A stretch of 64,000 bases of DNA from Fastidiosipila sp. (GTDB lineage: Bacteria; Bacillota; Clostridia; Saccharofermentanales; DTU023), in assembly GCA_012511175.1 (NCBI GenBank), contig JAAZGO010000002.1, forward strand, positions 1,047 through 65,046, read 5' to 3'. Of this stretch, positions 46,740-56,096 are shown piece by piece. The notes under the pieces were generated by a model, which searched no databases, had not been told where the DNA came from, and saw only the letters and a program-made list of their open reading frames with translations. The stretch's first letter is position 1; every line of letters starts with the position of its first letter. The position numbers and the translations under genes were made by a program.

Positions 46740-47162
46740 CTATAATAAACCCAGGCGGCCTGCAAGCTTGCAGCAGTCAATATAGGCTGAAGACGTCTCG
46801 CCGTATCTTTCTTTTACGTCCGCTAACCTTTCTTGAACGTTTGTCTGTCGCCCGTCTGGGTTGACATGCAGATCAGCGATATTTAGTATCCTCAAGGGCT
46901 CTGAATCATAGGGCACATCAGGTTTACCATGGTAGAAAACTTCCTTCCAGTATTTGTACCCGTTGCGTTCCAATACTTTTCCTGCAATCTCTGCGTGTTG
47001 TCCAAGGCAGGAGGCATATTCATAGCCTACATCGTGGAGCAGCCCAAGCATAAACATGTCTTCAGCAAATTCCTCATTATCGGGATAGAGGGTGTTTGCG
47101 ATTTCTTTCATCTTCCTTGCAACGCCCAAACAATGCAGCATTCTTCGCGTATCAAGCCTCAA
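46740..47162 (-). CDS. small HD-domain phosphohydrolase (third gene of the STAND operon)
   Basis: H...(MLHCLGVA) and LGLLHDVGYEY give the H..HD metal-binding signature. AAGAGGTGG RBS precedes TTG 47162, 11 nt after the Nudix stop. Confidence 0.75.
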   Translation of the reverse strand: MRLDTRRMLHCLGVARKMKEIANTLYPDNEEFAEDMFMLGLLHDVGYEYASCLGQHAEIAGKVLERNGYKYWKEVFYHGKPDVPYDSEPLRILNIADLHVNPDGRQTNVQERLADVKERYGETSSAYIDCCKLAGRLGLL

Positions 47163-47173
47163 AATACCACCTC

Positions 47174-48067
47174 TTATCTAAGATTTCTTTCCCCTGTTTC
47201 AAAATAATTTCGGACGTCCTTCAATCTTGTTTTCTGAGAGTCTGCCATGGGCAGCTTATCTGCATTTTCAAGTTCGATCCATATGAAATTTGTCGATTCT
47301 TGATCGAGTTTGGGGTGCCCTGAAACAATTACTCCAGCGTACAGCAAGGTAAACTCTTGTCTGATTTCCCCATCCGAGTACTCGACTTTGATGTTCGGGT
47401 CGGTATATGTTCCAATGATGTCAGTGATGCGAATTGTGTAGCCAGTTTCTTCTTTGACTTCCCTCAAAGCACAGGCTGTCATGTTTTCTCCAATCTCCAG
47501 TGTACCTCCCGGCATGGTCCATTTCTCATTGTCTTTCCTTTTAAGCAATAAAATACGATTGTTTTCCACAATTGCCACAGCAGCAGCCGGGCGTATGGCA
47601 TTTGCCTTCGGCGAAGCCGGATCATATGAATAATCTTTCCTGATTTCACTTAAGCCCCCACGTATCCATTCTGCAACGATGTCATCCGCTTTGTAGCGAT
47701 GTTTGTCATTAATTGATGGAACTTTGATGAAAAGGATTGTGGTGCCGCCTTTTGCTTTTTGTGCATAAATCGTACCTCTTTTGATAACAAAGAAATCCCC
47801 GCGCTTAAATTCATATTCAATATTCTTTTTGATATCCAGGTATTTGGTCCATCCCGACACCACGTAATGATACTCCGTGACGGTATCATGATAATGAGGG
47901 TCTTCCACTGAGAATTCCTTGTACTCCGTAAGGCCAATTTCCACTGCGGTATCTTGCAGATGCTCAATTGTTTGATTCTTGTGAAGATTTCCGACAAAGT
48001 ACTGCCTGCTCATTTCCTTCAGTGCTTCATCAATTTGTGTTTTTGCGATCTTAGTAAATCCACTCAT
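47174..48067 (-). CDS. cupin-Nudix hydrolase fusion protein (second gene of the STAND operon)
   Basis: The N-terminal half has a cupin-like HYHDTVTEYHYVVSG...GDFFVI..G..Y. The C-terminal half has a complete Nudix box GGTLEIGENMTACALREVKEETG. GAGGA RBS lies 7 nt before ATG 48067; the track start is TTG 48085. Confidence 0.8.
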   Translation of the reverse strand: MSGFTKIAKTQIDEALKEMSRQYFVGNLHKNQTIEHLQDTAVEIGLTEYKEFSVEDPHYHDTVTEYHYVVSGWTKYLDIKKNIEYEFKRGDFFVIKRGTIYAQKAKGGTTILFIKVPSINDKHRYKADDIVAEWIRGGLSEIRKDYSYDPASPKANAIRPAAAVAIVENNRILLLKRKDNEKWTMPGGTLEIGENMTACALREVKEETGYTIRITDIIGTYTDPNIKVEYSDGEIRQEFTLLYAGVIVSGHPKLDQESTNFIWIELENADKLPMADSQKTRLKDVRNYFETGERNLR

Positions 48068-48081
48068 TTTTTCATCCTCGA

Positions 48082-50535
48082 TCAAAGAAATAGCAAATAG
48101 AAGTCTTGGACATCTTTGCCAGCGATTAATCTGTCGACTATGGATACATTATATGAATAGTTCATCGATTGAGCGTCGAAGCGCAGACACTGCAACATTT
48201 CAAGTTCGGCGGCACCCGGAGGTTCGTGATCCAGAGTGAAAAGCATGCGGGCCGTTTTCGCGTTAATCGTCCCCCATGCATGGCCGATTCGGTGATAAAT
48301 TGCCTCCGCCTGTTTGACGAGCAGATGCCCCTGGTCATGGCTCTTCTTCGACAAATGGAGCATGGCTTGGCCCAAAAAAGCGTGAGCGAGCCATCCCTGC
48401 AAGTTTCTTTGTGAAGCTAGGCACGCAAGTTTCTCGAAACAATACTGCGCCTCTTGGTATCGTTGAAGCTTTCGATAGATTTCTCCCATTGAACCAAGCA
48501 AGTAGAGATGGTAGCGTGTTTCAACATCAGAATCTATTCTCAGATACTTTTCACATAATTCCAATGCTTGTTCTGGCAAATCTTTGACAGCAAGCATGTC
48601 AGCCATTTTTCTTGCGGTTCGAACCTCTAAGGCATCATTGTGAGTCTCTTTCGCAAAGCGATCAGTTTTCTTCAACCACTTATCCGCCAGCTCGAATTCA
48701 CCCGCCAATGGACTGAGGTTTCCTCCAATCAGGAACAATAGTTCACCATATTCTTCTTCAAATTCCGAGACATCGTCTTTCACGGCGAATTCCAAGGCTT
48801 CATGTATCAGCCCATCTACCGGGTAGCGGAACATCCCATGATGGATCCTCCTGATTGCCAACCGGAGAAGCTCTTTGTTTTTAATGATTATTTCCTGGGG
48901 AAACCTGCTCAATGTTGCGCCACAAATTGCGATGGCCTCTTCATAGTTCCCACCCAAGTGAACAATATCGACATAAATATTAATCAGATCGATTGGCAGG
49001 GTGAGTAAACCGTATTTCTCAATGATCATCCGTATAGTGCCCAGGACAAAGCTCTGTTCGCCGCGAAGCTGCAACTCCGCAATGAATTTGCGGTAAGATT
49101 CCTGGAACCAAGTGAAAAAAACACTCGCAGGCAATACCTCGCACTTGTGGTAGACCATCTCAGCAAACGGATCTTTCATCCTGTGACTCAGGAAAATTTC
49201 CTCATAATAGTCAGCCATGACCTGATGGATGTGTTGGGTGGTTTCAAAATCGATGTGTTTTTGTAAGCCCTTTTTCATCAACAAATGAATAAAATAGTGC
49301 TGTTTTTCTCTTGAAATGAAAGAGTAATCGTTAAATCCAGCGAATTTCGAGAGGGAATAGCCGGGAACAAACTGCCTGGCCAGAAGATCGAAAATTTCCC
49401 GCGTATAGAAGCGCGGAATTGACAGTACCTTCAGTAGCTCCACTTCGTTGCCTGAAAGATTATTTGCAAATCTCTCGATGATCTCAGAATAATCGTGTCC
49501 GAAATCGGATAGACAGGGCGTTCTTCCGCTGTTAACAATATCAGCATACGTTTTTAGAGCGAGCGAAAGATAAAAAGGGTATCCTTGACAGCTCTCGACA
49601 ATTTTGTCAAGTATCGCTTCCTCCTTGATCCCCGCACTCAACAGGTATTCGTACGAGTAGGCGGTTTCCAGATTGCGAAGTTCACACATTTCAATGTACT
49701 CGTTCCATTCCTGCTCCCACCTTAGTTTTTCACGGCCGAAAATCACGAAAAGGCAGCCAGGAAAATACATGATAAAATCTTTAATCCATCTTTCACTTCT
49801 GTTCCTATGAATGCTATCACTCTCGTATGCGTTCAACGCTTCAAAAGTGTCAATAAAAAAGACGACATTCAGTTCTGGATTTTTTTGTTTTATGCGCTGC
49901 AAATCACGCTCAAAATATGCTGGCAGCCTTTCCTCAATTTCGATGATGTCCAAATCTTCAAAGCTTTGAAGATCACCCTTCATTGCTTCGTCCATTCGCA
50001 GCGTCTTGAAGCGGTCAGAAAGCCGGTCAAAGATATTTATTGCAACTTGGGTTATGCCACTATCAAAAAGTGATACAATGCTCAAACCGATATCGAATTT
50101 TTTGGATAATTCTTCTTTTTCCCTGCTGTACGCTGTATCAGGGTATTTTTTTTTAAAGTACATAGCGTATGCAATTTCAAAGAATTTGTAATGGAATTTG
50201 CTTCTACTTTCACTGCTGTCAACTAAACTGATAAGGGCATCCCCGGGGTTCCGATTTTCAGGTGAACTGAAATCCAGATGAAAACGGAGGGCATTTATGC
50301 CATACAGCTTGTCGTGTAAAGCGATGAGTTCTTTTTTTAATCTAGACTTCCCGATGCCGCCAACGCCGTGGTACATAACGATCTTGTAGTCATTGGTTGA
50401 ACGGGAAAGGGCATCGGAGAATACTTTTATCTCACGCCCTCGGTTAACAAAGCGGTCGTCAATGGAAAATTTATTTTTGGAATGATCGAACGTGTGTTTT
50501 GGCCCTATCACACCATCTCCCCCTCCTCTATCCAT
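48082..50535 (-). CDS. STAND (NB-ARC-like) P-loop NTPase with a C-terminal TPR-like repeat region and no N-terminal effector domain
   Basis: Walker A YHGVGGIGKSRL, Walker B-like VVFFIDTFEAL, LFVIFGRE, and CQGYPFYLSLAL at the position of the NB-ARC GxPLAL motif. The C-terminal half is helical repeats (e.g. GNYEEAIAICGATL, LQRYQEAQYCFEKLACLA). A promoter at 50636..50664 argues for ATG 50535 or GTG 50511 as the start rather than the track start 50706. Confidence 0.8.
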   Translation of the reverse strand: MDRGGGDGVIGPKHTFDHSKNKFSIDDRFVNRGREIKVFSDALSRSTNDYKIVMYHGVGGIGKSRLKKELIALHDKLYGINALRFHLDFSSPENRNPGDALISLVDSSESRSKFHYKFFEIAYAMYFKKKYPDTAYSREKEELSKKFDIGLSIVSLFDSGITQVAINIFDRLSDRFKTLRMDEAMKGDLQSFEDLDIIEIEERLPAYFERDLQRIKQKNPELNVVFFIDTFEALNAYESDSIHRNRSERWIKDFIMYFPGCLFVIFGREKLRWEQEWNEYIEMCELRNLETAYSYEYLLSAGIKEEAILDKIVESCQGYPFYLSLALKTYADIVNSGRTPCLSDFGHDYSEIIERFANNLSGNEVELLKVLSIPRFYTREIFDLLARQFVPGYSLSKFAGFNDYSFISREKQHYFIHLLMKKGLQKHIDFETTQHIHQVMADYYEEIFLSHRMKDPFAEMVYHKCEVLPASVFFTWFQESYRKFIAELQLRGEQSFVLGTIRMIIEKYGLLTLPIDLINIYVDIVHLGGNYEEAIAICGATLSRFPQEIIIKNKELLRLAIRRIHHGMFRYPVDGLIHEALEFAVKDDVSEFEEEYGELLFLIGGNLSPLAGEFELADKWLKKTDRFAKETHNDALEVRTARKMADMLAVKDLPEQALELCEKYLRIDSDVETRYHLYLLGSMGEIYRKLQRYQEAQYCFEKLACLASQRNLQGWLAHAFLGQAMLHLSKKSHDQGHLLVKQAEAIYHRIGHAWGTINAKTARMLFTLDHEPPGAAELEMLQCLRFDAQSMNYSYNVSIVDRLIAGKDVQDFYLLFL

Positions 50536-50635
50536 TGATTCTGTGAACTGGTTCCAGTCAGTGTTCGCAAAGAGAGGCGATTCCCTCTGCACCCAAAAAA
50601 ACGGAACATGTTGGAATGAAGGCCCAGACAACAGA

Positions 50636-50664
50636 ATTGTAAAGCATTTTTTTTTGTATATCAA
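50636..50664 (-). promoter_or_regulatory. near-consensus sigma-A promoter of the STAND operon (TTGATA-17 nt-TACAAT)
   Basis: The reverse strand reads TTGATA tacaaaaaaaaatgctt TACAAT, about 95 nt upstream of ATG 50535. Confidence 0.55.
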
Positions 50665-51238
50665 CGTTTCAGGGCACCCTGGGATAATGACACGAGCGGA
50701 TGGCACCGCCCGTTGTTGCTGCGTTCAGTCCCGCCAGTATGCCGCGGATAGAAGGAGGATTGTTGATGCCATCACGGGATAAGGCTCGTGTCGACAACCC
50801 TGGAATAACGCCTGGAAAGAGATTGAACTGGAAGATTATTTGAAATTTGATTCTTCCCAGGGCCTTTCAAAGCCAGAGGGCACCAACCTGCTGTTCCAAA
50901 GCCGTAGAAGAGGAGCGCAAAAACGTGAAAGCAGAGCAGTCGATGGCATACCTTTGGCATTCACTCTCCAACGCGTGGAATGATTGTCCAGGTCGGACCC
51001 GAACAAGCTTCAGGATTCCCTCTTTGTCCTGTGTGAACAATCTGGAAATCCGGTGCCCCTGCCGAGGCTACAACTCCTGCTGTCGCTAAACTTTGACGGT
51101 ACCATCTTCAGCTGGTTAGGTATGAACAATCGGAAGGTATATGCTATTAGGAGAAGGCTGAGGTCATGCACTTCAATGAACGGCGCCTGTCGGAGGGGTG
51201 CCGTGCCGAACCGGCCATCTGTTTGAAAGGAGTTGTCC

Positions 51239-52177
51239 ATGCGCTACATCTATGGTCCCGTCCCTTCCCGGAGAATGGGACTTTCCCTGGGTGTAAGCCC
51301 CATTCCCCAGAAAACCTGCAACTACTCATGCATCTACTGTCAGCTGGGGAGAACCACACGGATGACCAACACCCGCCAGCTTTTCTTCCCGGTTGGGGAT
51401 ATCCTCAAGGAACTTGATCAGGTTCTGGAAAACAAGATCAGCTTCGATGTGGTGACCCTGGTCGGCGAGGGCGAACCTACCCTTTATCTGGGCCTGGGCG
51501 AGCTGATCGCCGGCATCAAGGAGAGGACGGACAAGCCGGTGGCAGTCATTACCAACGGGGCTCTTCTTTGCGATTCCCAAGTGAGGACTGAGCTGTCCCT
51601 GGCCGACATTATCCTGCCCACGCTTGACGCATACGATGAGGCATCCTTCCGGGCGATCAACCGGCCGCATGGCAGCCTCCGCTTCGAACAGGTCAAAGAA
51701 GGCCTGATCCGTTTCTCAAAGGAATACAAGGGAAAGCTTTGGGTTGAAATCATGCTTATGGATGGCATCAACGATGATGACGCCTCCTTGCGAAAATTTG
51801 CCCAACTGCTAAGCCAGCTGCATTACGACAGGCTCTATCTCAATACCCCGGTCAGGCCGCCCGCGGAATCCGATGTCCGGCCCCTTGCGCCCGAAAAAAT
51901 GAGGCACGCCGTCAATGTCCTGGGAGGCATCGCCATTGATCTTCTGGCTTCAGAGGGCTTCCACAGCGATATCCGGGACGATTACGAAGCTGTCAAGAGC
52001 ATCATCAAGCGCCACCCCATGAACCAGCATGAAATTGAGAGTTTTCTTGCTGCACGCGGCAGGAAAGACGTGGAGCAGATTTTCAAACGCTTGAAAAGAG
52101 ATGATAGTGTCGAGGTCATCACTTACAAAGGTTATGAGACCTACCGGCTGCGGCCAATGGGACAGATCAGCCATTGA
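51239..52177 (+). CDS. radical SAM protein (COG0731-like)
   Basis: YIYGPVPSRRMGLSLGVSP.PQKTCNYSCIYCQLG carries the CxxxCxxC cluster. AAAGGAG RBS lies 6 nt before ATG 51239. Confidence 0.85.
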   Translation: MRYIYGPVPSRRMGLSLGVSPIPQKTCNYSCIYCQLGRTTRMTNTRQLFFPVGDILKELDQVLENKISFDVVTLVGEGEPTLYLGLGELIAGIKERTDKPVAVITNGALLCDSQVRTELSLADIILPTLDAYDEASFRAINRPHGSLRFEQVKEGLIRFSKEYKGKLWVEIMLMDGINDDDASLRKFAQLLSQLHYDRLYLNTPVRPPAESDVRPLAPEKMRHAVNVLGGIAIDLLASEGFHSDIRDDYEAVKSIIKRHPMNQHEIESFLAARGRKDVEQIFKRLKRDDSVEVITYKGYETYRLRPMGQISH

Positions 52178-52277
52178 ACGGAAGGAGCCCGTCGGTTCAG
52201 CCTGAAAACCAATTTTCATATATAATGAAGGACAATCGCCCGGCACGCGCTTTTGACGCGCTTTTTTGGAGGAAGAA

Positions 52278-54710
52278 ATGGATCCGTACGATTTTGCCTC
52301 AATCGAGAAAAAATGGCAGGACCGCTGGGAAAAGACAGGTGTCTTTCACGCCGACCAGCCCAGGAAAGGTTATGTGCCCGGCAAAAATAAATACTACTGC
52401 CTGGTGGAATTCCCCTATCCTTCCGGTGAAGGCCTGCATGTGGGTCACCCCAGAAGCTATACCGCCCTTGATCTGGTGGCCAGGAAAAAGAGGCTGGAAG
52501 GCTGGAATGTCCTCTATCCCATGGGTTGGGATGCCTTCGGCCTGCCGACTGAAAACTATGCGGTCAAACATAAGATCCAGCCGGCCATTGTGACCAGGGA
52601 GAACATCGCCCGCTACAAAAAACAGCTGCAATCCCTGGGCTTCAGTTTTGACTGGTCCCGGGAGATCAATACCACCGATCCCGCCTACTACAAATGGACT
52701 CAGTGGATCTTCCTGCAATTTTATAAACATGGCCTGGCCTACAAAAAAGAAATGGCCGTCAACTGGTGCCCATCCTGTCTGATCGTTCTGGCTAATGAGG
52801 AGGTGGTGGACGGCAAGTGTGAGCGCTGTGGCGCCGAGGTCACCCACAAACAGAAGAGCCAGTGGATGCTGAAAATAACAGAATACGCCCAAAGACTGCT
52901 GGACGGCCTTGACCAGGTTCACTTCATTGACCGGGTCAACACCCAGCAGCGCAACTGGATCGGCCGCAGCACAGGCGCTGAGGTCAGTTTTGGAACAACA
53001 GCCGGCGATGACCTGCCAGTTTTCACCACACGGCCCGACACACTTTGGGGGGCCACCTACATGGTCATGTCGCCCGAGCATGCCCTGCTCGGCCGGTGGC
53101 TGGACCGGGGGCTCCTGACCAGCCGTGAAGAACTTGAAGCCTACCGCAAGGAGGCCCAGCGAAAATCCGAGTTCGAACGGACAGAGCTGACCCGGGAAAA
53201 AACAGGGGTTCGCCTGGAGGGCGTCCGGGGCATCAACCCCGTCAACCGGGAGGAGATTCCCATCTTTATCTCGGATTACGTCCTGACCACTTATGGCACC
53301 GGCGCCATCATGGCCGTACCCGGGCACGATGACCGTGACTACGACTTTGCCAAAGCTTTCGATTTGCCCATCGTCTGTGTGGTTGAAGGCGGCGACATCA
53401 GCCAAGCAGCCTTTACTGACATTGAAACAGGCATCATGGTCAACTCCGGCTTTATCAATGGCATGAAGGTTCAGGACGCCATTGAAAAGGTCATTGACTG
53501 GCTGGAGACCGAAGGCATCGGCCACCGCAAGGTTAACTACAAGCTTCGGGACTGGGTCTTCTCCCGCCAGCGCTACTGGGGCGAACCCATTCCAATGATT
53601 TACTGTGAAACCTGTGGCTGGCAGCCCATGCCGGAAGAAGAGCTGCCCCTAGTGCTGCCGGAGGCCGAGTCCTTCCTGCCGACCGAGACCGGCGAGTCGC
53701 CCCTGGCCAAGCTGACGGACTGGGTCAAGACCCGCTGTCCCCAATGCGGTGGTTCCGGTACCCGGGAAACTGATACCATGCCCAACTGGGCTGGCTCCTC
53801 CTGGTACTTTCTCCGCTACACGGACCCCCACTGTGAGACAGGCCTGGCCTCCAGGGAAGCTTTGGACTACTGGATGCCCGTTGACTGGTACAACGGCGGC
53901 ATGGAGCACACCACCCTGCATCTGCTCTATTCGCGTTTCTGGCATCAGTTCCTTTACGACCGGGGCCTGGTTCCTGTTCCCGAACCTTATCTTCGACGGA
54001 CCAGCCATGGCATGATCCTGGGCGAAGGCGGGGAAAAGATGTCCAAATCCCGGGGCAATGTGGTCAACCCCGATGAGATAGTGACAGAGTACGGAGCCGA
54101 TACCATGCGCCTTTATGAGGTATTCATCGGGGACTTTGAAAAGGCTGCCGTCTGGAGCACTACCTCCATCAAGGGCTGCTCACGTTTCTTGGAGCGGGTC
54201 TGGGCCCTGCAGGAAAAGGTGGTCGCCGGGAACGCCTACCGGCAGGAAACGGAAGTCCTGATCCACCAATCCATCAAAAAAGTGACAGGCGATATCGATA
54301 CCCTGAAAGGCAACACAGCTGTGGCCCAGCTTATGACCCTGACCAACAGGTTCTATGACCTGGAAGGGGTCAACGACGCGGAGTTCAGGACCTTCCTGAT
54401 TCTCTTGAATCCCTTCGCTCCCCACATCACCGAGGAGATCTGGGAGCGGCAGGCTTATGGTGGAAGTATTACTGACCAGACCTGGCCCTCCTATGATGAG
54501 GCCAGGACGGTCGAAGATACGGTGGAAATCGTCCTCCAGATCAATGGGAAAATTAGGGCCCGGGTGGAAATCCCCAGGGATCTGGCTAAGGAAGAGGCCC
54601 TCCTGCTGGCCAGGCAACACGAACTGATTGCCCCCGAACTTGAGGGCAGGCGGGTAGTCAAAGAGATCTACGTGCCGGGCAGCCTGATCAACCTGGTGGT
54701 GGTCTCCTGA
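52278..54710 (+). CDS. leuS: leucine--tRNA ligase
   Basis: [27 protein letters not shown], a CP1 editing domain and [11 protein letters not shown] 52278 is the chosen start. Confidence 0.97.
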   Translation: MDPYDFASIEKKWQDRWEKTGVFHADQPRKGYVPGKNKYYCLVEFPYPSGEGLHVGHPRSYTALDLVARKKRLEGWNVLYPMGWDAFGLPTENYAVKHKIQPAIVTRENIARYKKQLQSLGFSFDWSREINTTDPAYYKWTQWIFLQFYKHGLAYKKEMAVNWCPSCLIVLANEEVVDGKCERCGAEVTHKQKSQWMLKITEYAQRLLDGLDQVHFIDRVNTQQRNWIGRSTGAEVSFGTTAGDDLPVFTTRPDTLWGATYMVMSPEHALLGRWLDRGLLTSREELEAYRKEAQRKSEFERTELTREKTGVRLEGVRGINPVNREEIPIFISDYVLTTYGTGAIMAVPGHDDRDYDFAKAFDLPIVCVVEGGDISQAAFTDIETGIMVNSGFINGMKVQDAIEKVIDWLETEGIGHRKVNYKLRDWVFSRQRYWGEPIPMIYCETCGWQPMPEEELPLVLPEAESFLPTETGESPLAKLTDWVKTRCPQCGGSGTRETDTMPNWAGSSWYFLRYTDPHCETGLASREALDYWMPVDWYNGGMEHTTLHLLYSRFWHQFLYDRGLVPVPEPYLRRTSHGMILGEGGEKMSKSRGNVVNPDEIVTEYGADTMRLYEVFIGDFEKAAVWSTTSIKGCSRFLERVWALQEKVVAGNAYRQETEVLIHQSIKKVTGDIDTLKGNTAVAQLMTLTNRFYDLEGVNDAEFRTFLILLNPFAPHITEEIWERQAYGGSITDQTWPSYDEARTVEDTVEIVLQINGKIRARVEIPRDLAKEEALLLARQHELIAPELEGRRVVKEIYVPGSLINLVVVS

Positions 54711-54956
54711 GACCTTAGCTGAGAGCAGTTTTCGATTGCTCTTATTTGACATCGCTTGCATAGCAGATCGCCAACATTGTGGCACTATTTGCTCTGGCTA
54801 GGGGTCGCGGTATTGGAGAATGTGTTATTTCCAAAATAGCGATGAAGAATTGGCGGAGAAGCATCTATCAGGGGGATCGATTGCTTTCACCTGCCGTCAA
54901 TTGATTCAAGGACGTGAACCCGGCCAATTTGAAAGACCGATAGAAAGGAAGAATGT

Positions 54957-55967
54957 ATGCAACAAGAGAACAAATCTCTTTGCCCTATTTGTAATGAACG
55001 ATTGACATTGTTCAAAGAAACACTTCGTGGAATAAAAATCTGTTCAAAACACATGGCTGAAGCGGGGATATTCCCTGAGGACAGGGTTAACGAACCAGAT
55101 GAATTCTACACTATTGAAGAAATTAAGTCACGCATTGAATACATTCGAACCAATACAGGTGAAGTTGGTGGGGGGAAGCAGACAATTTGCCCAATATGCA
55201 GGGATATCCTCGCGATGTCCCGGATAAAATTGCAGGGCGGGATAAAGATCTGTGAGATACATCTGAAAGAGGCTGGGTACGACCGCAACAATCCAAATTC
55301 GAAACCCTTTAGCCAGGTTTCCCTGGAAGAGATCAAAGAGTCCATCCGCTTGAAGTCGCCGGCTGAGGACTCTAATGAAATTTTTGAGCAGCGTTTTGAT
55401 CCAGTGCCTCGGGAGGATGTAGAAAGATTCAAACGCACGAAGCAGATCGGCCAAATTATTGCTTTCGATGATGAAAATAAGAACTGGGCGCTTCTTTCAC
55501 CGCCTGATGGCGAGATACGTCTGATACTTCCCTACGATACCATTATTGGGTTTGAATTGATTGAGGACGGCAAGACAATTGAACAAAAAGGCCTTGGCAG
55601 AGCTGTGGCAGGGGGTCTGTTATTCGGCGCGGCCGGCGCGATCGTGGGTGCAGTCACGACAAGTAAAAAAATTGATGAAATATGCCGCTATTTGAGGATT
55701 AAAATAACCTTAGATGATATTATCAGGCCTGCGGTTTATGCTGACATAATCACAGAAACAACGCCGAAGGAAACGGTCGCTTATCAGGAATCGTGGAATT
55801 ATGCGCAGGAAATCATTTCAGTCCTGCAAAATATTATTGACAAATACCATAAGGTTGCAACGATCACAACAATTGAAGAGGTCAAGCAATTCAAAGAATT
55901 GCTTGATCTAGGGATTATTACGGAAGAGGAGTTTGTAAAAAAGAAGAAGGAATTATTGGGCCTCTAA
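54957..55967 (+). CDS. double zinc-ribbon / glycine-zipper / SHOCT-domain protein
   Basis: Two N-terminal repeats CPIC(N/R)..L......L.G.IKIC..H..EAG. A glycine-zipper segment GLGRAVAGGLLFGAAGAIVGAV. The C-terminal EEVKQFKELLDLGIITEEEFVKKKKELLGL is a SHOCT signature. The gene is AT-rich. Confidence 0.7.
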   Translation: MQQENKSLCPICNERLTLFKETLRGIKICSKHMAEAGIFPEDRVNEPDEFYTIEEIKSRIEYIRTNTGEVGGGKQTICPICRDILAMSRIKLQGGIKICEIHLKEAGYDRNNPNSKPFSQVSLEEIKESIRLKSPAEDSNEIFEQRFDPVPREDVERFKRTKQIGQIIAFDDENKNWALLSPPDGEIRLILPYDTIIGFELIEDGKTIEQKGLGRAVAGGLLFGAAGAIVGAVTTSKKIDEICRYLRIKITLDDIIRPAVYADIITETTPKETVAYQESWNYAQEIISVLQNIIDKYHKVATITTIEEVKQFKELLDLGIITEEEFVKKKKELLGL

Positions 55968-56096
55968 GAGAGCCAAAGAAAAAATTCACTTGCGTAAGTG
56001 ACAAGCATCACAAATACTTCAGAGTTAGCATCTGAATTTTTCAAGTCCACTTGACAAGGTTCTTCTCATGTGCGAGACTTGCCTATAATTGAATAA

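Noticed and set aside
50536-50706. N-terminal extension of the STAND ORF to GTG 50706
   Set aside because: A near-consensus promoter (50636..50664) lies inside the extension. The extension's peptide has no motif, so the start at or after 50535 is preferred.
52299-53525. 408-aa minus-strand ORF
   Set aside because: It lies entirely inside leuS on the opposite strand. leuS has unambiguous class I aaRS motifs, so this is a shadow ORF.
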